Source: Vulcanimicrobiota bacterium (lineage in GTDB: Bacteria; Vulcanimicrobiota; Vulcanimicrobiia; Vulcanimicrobiales; Vulcanimicrobiaceae). From it: a stretch of 64,000 bases of DNA. How positions within the stretch are numbered: position 1 is the stretch's first letter; every line of letters starts with the position of its first letter. The notes under the pieces were generated by a model. The model made no database searches. It saw only the letters and a list, made by a program, of their open reading frames with translations, and was not told where the DNA came from. Below are positions 59,239 to 64,000 of this stretch, piece after piece. The position numbers and the translations under genes are program-made. The stretch is from positions 192,001-256,000 of the forward strand of contig CAWAXX010000014.1 in assembly GCA_963786105.1 (NCBI GenBank). Direction: 5' to 3'.

Positions 59239-60468
59239 TTACGGTCCGCGCTCAGGCGTGTGGATGTGCTCCGGGCGTACTCCGAGTCCCAGCAAAAGCG
59301 CCGGAAAGCGCCGAAGATACGGGAACTCTTCGAGCAGGCGCATTGCCAGCGGCGGGCGGTCGACGTCGACGCCCTGTAAAATTGGATCGATCGCGCGGTT
59401 CTGTATGAAAACCTGAAAGGCTTGCGTAACCTGCGTTGGAAACGCGCGGCGCTCTTGCACGGTGGAGAGAACGGTGTCGGTCACGTTGCCATCGCGCAGA
59501 GGTTCCACGAGCCGGTTGGCAGCGGCAACCGCATCTTGGATCGCGAGGTTGATTCCGACGCCGCCGATCGGCGACATGGCGTGTGCCGAGTCTCCGATGC
59601 AGAGCACCCCCGGACGATGCCACTGCCGCAACCGGTCGACCCGGACTTCGAGCAACGACACTTTCGACCAATCGTCGATTTCTTCGACGCGGCCGCGGAG
59701 CGCTGGAATGGTCTGGACGAGCTGGTCCTGCAGCGCTGCCAGTCCGGCGTCCTTGAGCTTCTGGAACGATCCTTTCGGAATGATGTACGCGCACTGCCAA
59801 TATGCGTCTCGGTCGATCAAGATGACGATGTGGCCGTCGTTCATGGTTCCCAGCGCCTGGGGTGGATCGCCGGTGCGCTTCGAAATGCGCATCCACAGCA
59901 CGTCCATTGGAGCGCCGAGGTTTTCGACGTCGAATCCGGCGACCCGGCGAACGGTCGAGTGGCGGCCGTCGGTTCCAACCACCAGTTCGGCCACGATGGC
60001 GATCTCGCCGGACTTGGTGGCTGCCCGCACGCCGGTAACGCGCCCCCCGTTTTCAATGAGATCGATCCCTTCGGTCTCCATCATGAGATGGAACCCGGCG
60101 TACCGGCGGCTCTGCTCGGCTAGGAAGTTCAGAAAGTCCCATTGGGGCATGAACGCGATGAACTTGCAGCGCGTCGGCAGTTGCGAAAAGTCGGCGAGGT
60201 GGACGAACTCCCCGGCCACGGTTCCGCCGATTTCGCGCATCTCGTTGTGCGGCAAAGCCAGAAAATCGTGCAGCCAGCCGAGTTCGTCGAGCAGCTGTAG
60301 GGTAGACGGGTGGATGGTATCGCCGCGAAAGTCCCGGAAGAAGTCGGCATATTTTTCCAGCACGACGACGTCGATGCCGGCGCGCGCCAACAGTGCGCCC
60401 AGCATCATGCCGCACGGTCCGCCGCCGACGATGCAGCAGCGCGTCGAGAGTTGATTCGATGGCGTCAT
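59239..60468 (-). CDS. FAD-dependent oxidoreductase/monooxygenase
   Basis: GGGPCG, RDFRGDTIHP, DGRHS and GDSAHAMSPIGGVGINLAIQD motifs. Confidence 0.88.
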   Translation of the reverse strand: MTPSNQLSTRCCIVGGGPCGMMLGALLARAGIDVVVLEKYADFFRDFRGDTIHPSTLQLLDELGWLHDFLALPHNEMREIGGTVAGEFVHLADFSQLPTRCKFIAFMPQWDFLNFLAEQSRRYAGFHLMMETEGIDLIENGGRVTGVRAATKSGEIAIVAELVVGTDGRHSTVRRVAGFDVENLGAPMDVLWMRISKRTGDPPQALGTMNDGHIVILIDRDAYWQCAYIIPKGSFQKLKDAGLAALQDQLVQTIPALRGRVEEIDDWSKVSLLEVRVDRLRQWHRPGVLCIGDSAHAMSPIGGVGINLAIQDAVAAANRLVEPLRDGNVTDTVLSTVQERRAFPTQVTQAFQVFIQNRAIDPILQGVDVDRPPLAMRLLEEFPYLRRFPALLLGLGVRPEHIHTPERGP

Positions 60469-60560
60469 GGGACGAAAGAACGTTCCGGCCCCGGGTCTCG
60501 CGCCCTTCAGATCGCTCGCCGCTGCGGGACCGCGTTCGCAGAGAAAGTAATAGGCAACGA

Positions 60561-61127
60561 ATGCAATGGGAAGCCGTAACCGCCCTCGGTACCGCGCTTA
60601 CCGCGCTCGTCATTCTCGTGTCGGCAATTTACGCCGCGCGCCAAGTCAGGGTAGCGGCGCGCGCGACCCAGCTCGATGCGATGTTGCGCATACTCGAACG
60701 GTATCGCGACGCGGAGTTTCGGATGGCGAGCAACTTCGTGATGCACGAGCTTCCGAAGCGAATTCACGATCCCGATTTCCGCGACGACGTAGCGCGGGCG
60801 GCGGCGGCAGGGGATAAGCCTTGGCATGTGGTCTTGCGACTGCTCAACGAGACGGGCGTTTACGTCGAGCTCGGGCTGCTCGAAGGCCCGCCGATCTACT
60901 ATCTGATGGGCGACACCCTCGTGTTGCTTTGGGAAGCGCTGGCACCCGTCATCGAGATCGAACGGACGGCGCTCGACGATCCGCACCGTTGGACGAATAC
61001 CGAAGAGCTGTGCGCTGACGCCTTCGAGCGCGTCCGCGCGTACTACCTGCGCAACCCGAAGCCGCGTCCTAGTTCGGCCGAGCCCTTCACGATCGACTCG
61101 TTGATTTCGCGAGTGCGCGGCGAATGA
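60561..61127 (+). CDS. Hypothetical protein with N-terminal TM (DUF4760-like)
   Basis: N-terminal TM followed by a helical domain (LNETGVYVELG). Confidence 0.55.
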   Translation: MQWEAVTALGTALTALVILVSAIYAARQVRVAARATQLDAMLRILERYRDAEFRMASNFVMHELPKRIHDPDFRDDVARAAAAGDKPWHVVLRLLNETGVYVELGLLEGPPIYYLMGDTLVLLWEALAPVIEIERTALDDPHRWTNTEELCADAFERVRAYYLRNPKPRPSSAEPFTIDSLISRVRGE

Positions 61128-61860
61128 AATCGTCGGCGGCGTCGCTCCACGGACGCTTGAAGTCATCCGGCCAGAGCGTTTGGTCGGACCATAGCCTGTC
61201 GAGTCCTTCGGAGATCTCGGCGTCGTCTCGGGTAAACTGGCCGATCAACCGGCGCCAACGGGCTGCCAGAGCTTGGCTGCCCGTATCGTGCGGGTCGTCG
61301 CCGCGGGAAGCTGCGGTTTCGACCTCGGCGATCAGCGACGTCCAATCGCGCTCCCCGCGCCGGACGACGTCGAGCGGAGTGCTCTCGCGCATCTCGTCGA
61401 GTTTGGCTCGCGCCTGGGGCGAATAGTAACGTTCCGTCCAGCGATAGTCGTCTTCCATGCGAAACACCTCAATGACGTTGCGAATAATCTGCCAACGGTC
61501 GCCGTTCGCGTTTGCGTCGAGTTCGCGCGCGGCTTGGTCGAGCGCGCGCGCGGCGCATTCGAGGCGGCGCTGTTGGCGTCCTACGATTTGCCGCTGCATC
61601 CGCACGGCGGCGCTCAACGGCTGCTGCGAGCCGCTCAGGAGCTTCTCGATTTGGTCGAGATCGAATCCGACGAAGCGCAACGCGAGAATCTGTTCCACGC
61701 GCTCGAGCTCGGCTTCGCCGTACAGGCGGTAGCCGGCCGGCGTGCGGGCCGCAGGTCGGAGCACCCCGCGTCGGTCGTAAAAATGCAGCGTCCGCACCGT
61801 CACGCCCGCCTGGGCGGCGAACTCTTTGGCTTGATAAAGTTTCTCGGTCACGATTTCCAT
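61087..61860 (-). CDS. MerR family regulator with TipAS-like C-terminal domain
   Basis: AGVTVRTLHFYD and GYRLY motifs; C-terminal QALAARW...FT. Confidence 0.88.
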   Translation of the reverse strand: MEIVTEKLYQAKEFAAQAGVTVRTLHFYDRRGVLRPAARTPAGYRLYGEAELERVEQILALRFVGFDLDQIEKLLSGSQQPLSAAVRMQRQIVGRQQRRLECAARALDQAARELDANANGDRWQIIRNVIEVFRMEDDYRWTERYYSPQARAKLDEMRESTPLDVVRRGERDWTSLIAEVETAASRGDDPHDTGSQALAARWRRLIGQFTRDDAEISEGLDRLWSDQTLWPDDFKRPWSDAADDFIRRALAKSTSRS

Positions 61861-61881
61861 GGCGGTTCCTCGTCGGCTACC

Positions 61882-61912
61882 AGGCTACGGTATGACGCAG
61901 CGTGAGGGTCAA
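61882..61912 (-). promoter_or_regulatory. MerR-type promoter with 19-bp spacer
   Basis: TTGACC-ctcacgctgcgtcataccg-TAGCCT upstream of the MerR gene. Confidence 0.7.
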
Positions 61913-61975
61913 GGCCGCGCGCGCTTTCAGCAGCCTCTGAAGACTTTTTGAGGGCGCGGGCGGTACGCTCGAGCC

Positions 61976-62875
61976 ATGGAAAGCTTTTCCGCCGGCCTAC
62001 GGCGCGCGTTCGTCAGCGACGGAATGCTGCGCCCCATCTGGCGCGCGCTGCTGTATTTCGGAGCCGGCAGTTGGATACTGTTTCCGATATTCGATCGCCT
62101 GTGGGCCGGGATGGCGACGGTACTGCACCTCGGCACGGAACTGTCGGCGGCGACGACCGCGTTTTACGAGCTCGAGCTGCTGGCCGTTGCGGCGATCGTG
62201 ACGGGACTGCTCGCGCGCTACGAAGGGCGGCGTATCGACGACTACGGCCTGCCGGTCGCCAAGGCGTTCGGGCCGCTGTTTTGGGAGGGCTTGGCCCTCG
62301 GCCTGGTGTGGGCGGGCTTGGACGCGCTCGGCATGATCGGCTTGGGCGGCATGAAAATTGCCGGCCTCGCGTTGCACGGTGCGACCCTCGTTTTCGCGAC
62401 GCTGGGTTGGGCGGGCGCGAATCTCATCGTCGGCATCTCCGAAGAGTTGTGGTACCGAGCCTATTTCTTGCAGACGCTCTGGAAGAGTCTGGGCTTCTGG
62501 CCGGCGGCTATCGCGATCTCGTTGATCTTTACATCGGACCATTACTTTTTCAAAACCGGCGAAAACCTTTACGACGTCGTGAGCTTGATGGGCTTTGGCG
62601 TCTTTGCGTGCTATACGGTTCTACGAACCGGCTCGCTATGGTTTGCGGTCGGGGCGCACGCGGCGTTTGACTTCATGCAGCTCTTTGTAATCGGAACGCC
62701 GAACGGAAGCTTGATTCCCGTCAATCACCTACTCAACGTTTCCTTTTCGGGTCCCGCGTGGCTCACCGGCGGCCAACTGGGGACGGAAGCGAGCGTGCTG
62801 CAATATCCGACGACGCTGCTGGTGTTTTTGTACGTATGGCGGCGCTTTCGGAGCCCGGAAGAAGCTCGCGTTTGA
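61976..62875 (+). CDS. CPBP (CAAX-protease-like) intramembrane metalloprotease
   Basis: EELWYRAY, FTSDH and HAAFD motifs; multi-TM. Confidence 0.85.
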   Translation: MESFSAGLRRAFVSDGMLRPIWRALLYFGAGSWILFPIFDRLWAGMATVLHLGTELSAATTAFYELELLAVAAIVTGLLARYEGRRIDDYGLPVAKAFGPLFWEGLALGLVWAGLDALGMIGLGGMKIAGLALHGATLVFATLGWAGANLIVGISEELWYRAYFLQTLWKSLGFWPAAIAISLIFTSDHYFFKTGENLYDVVSLMGFGVFACYTVLRTGSLWFAVGAHAAFDFMQLFVIGTPNGSLIPVNHLLNVSFSGPAWLTGGQLGTEASVLQYPTTLLVFLYVWRRFRSPEEARV

Positions 62876-62893
62876 GCTGTCGCGAGCGGCTCC

Positions 62894-64000
62894 TCAGCCG
62901 ACGACCAAATTCAACAGCTTGTCGGGGACGAATATCCGTTTGCGCAGTTGCTTGCCGTCCAACTGCCCGCGCACGTTTGCCTCGTTCATCGCGAGGTCGA
63001 AAGCTTGCTCTTCGGTCAATCCCGGCCGTACCGCGATGCGGGCGCGAATCTTGCCGTTTACCTGCACGACGAGCGTCAGCTCGTCGACGGCCAGCGCGCG
63101 TTCGTCCGGTTCCAAATATCGCTCCAGATGCACGGACGTCACGTGACCGAAGCGCTCCCACAGCTCGTCGGCGATGTGCGGCGCGAACGGCGCGATTAAC
63201 AACGGTAAGACCGCGGCCGCGTAGCGGGTCGCCGGCGATTCCGGAATCTGCTGCACCGCCTGCGTGAGGGCGTTGACCAACTCGTCGAGCTTGGCGATGG
63301 TAGCGTTATAGTGAAAGCGTCGCGAGATCGTTTCTTCGATCGCCGATTTGGCCGCGATCGCAACGGCTCGCACGAGCCCTTTTTCCTGTGCGCTTTCGAC
63401 GGGGGGTACGTTGCGGATCGAAACGCTGCAGGCGCTTTCGAAGAACGGTTCGCATGCCCGCCACACGCGCTTGAGGAATCGCACCCGGCCGCTGATGCCT
63501 TCGTCGGTCCAGTCGCTGGTGTCCTCGGGCGGCGTGACGTAGAGAAGAAAAAGACGCATGGCGTCGACGCCTCGCGTTTCGGCGGTTTCGTCGATGCCCA
63601 CAACGTTACCGTGCGACTTCGACATCTTCTGGCCGCGTAAGAGCACCATCCCTTGGTGAAAGAGCCGCTCGAACGGCTCGTCGCGTCCGGTTACCCACCC
63701 GCGATCGTGAAAAAACTTGTAGAAGAAGCGCGAGTACAGCAGATGCAGCACCGCATGCTCGGCGCCGCCGACGTATTGGTCGACGTTCATCCAGGCAGCG
63801 ACGTCGGCGGGTTCCCACGGTGCGCGGTCGTCATGAGGGTCGATGTAGCGCAAGTAATACCACGAGGATTCGAAAAAGGTATCCATCGTGTCGCTCTCGC
63901 GACGCGCGGGAGCGCCGCATTTCGGGCAAGCGGTCTCGACGAAGGATGAAATCTGCGCGAGCGGCGATCCCTCGCCGGAGAACGTCACGCCGAGTGGCAG
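62894..64000 (-). CDS. leuS: Leucine--tRNA ligase, C-terminal part (continues beyond the window)
   Basis: [32 protein letters not shown] and VQVNGK motifs. Confidence 0.95.
   Translation of the reverse strand: MPLGVTFSGEGSPLAQISSFVETACPKCGAPARRESDTMDTFFESSWYYLRYIDPHDDRAPWEPADVAAWMNVDQYVGGAEHAVLHLLYSRFFYKFFHDRGWVTGRDEPFERLFHQGMVLLRGQKMSKSHGNVVGIDETAETRGVDAMRLFLLYVTPPEDTSDWTDEGISGRVRFLKRVWRACEPFFESACSVSIRNVPPVESAQEKGLVRAVAIAAKSAIEETISRRFHYNATIAKLDELVNALTQAVQQIPESPATRYAAAVLPLLIAPFAPHIADELWERFGHVTSVHLERYLEPDERALAVDELTLVVQVNGKIRARIAVRPGLTEEQAFDLAMNEANVRGQLDGKQLRKRIFVPDKLLNLVVG

Overview
High-GC bacterial chromosomal window of mostly housekeeping and respiratory genes. Gene content and repeated lipoprotein phosphoesterases are suggestive of Eremiobacterota/Vulcanimicrobiota, but this is inference only. 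Left to right: NuoE-NuoF fusion plus formate-dehydrogenase-type molybdoenzyme; ilvE; serine hydrolase; DUF5069/AI-2E/arginase operon; a long tetrapyrrole operon (sirC-hemC-hemD' fusion, hemB, mobA, hemL, rex, hemA, cobA-hemD, DUF92, MT-A70 methyltransferase); ArnT-like glycosyltransferase; menG-polyprenyl synthase-tatAC-resBC-Rieske-cytochrome b/c cluster; PLD, tatD, metG, rsmI; pepP; nadABC; peroxiredoxin; sulfate ABC operon and TauE; OPT transporter; two convergent phosphoesterase paralogues; ECF42-type sigma with DGPF gene; comEC; MerR/TipA; partial leuS. Most notable signals not captured by the ORF track: (1) two UGA-recoded selenoproteins (FDH alpha and a C-terminal Uxx* glutaredoxin), each followed by a SECIS-like hairpin sharing a CGGTC apex; (2) a modular family of structured intergenic repeats with a conserved core but different long closing stems; (3) a repeated GTCACT-N16-AGTGAC operator before sulfur-transport genes; (4) an orphan MT-A70 methyltransferase translationally coupled to the heme operon; (5) five frameshifts confined to 2.2 kb of rex/hemA/cobA, probably sequencing error. 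I saw no rRNA, tRNA, CRISPR array or transposase.
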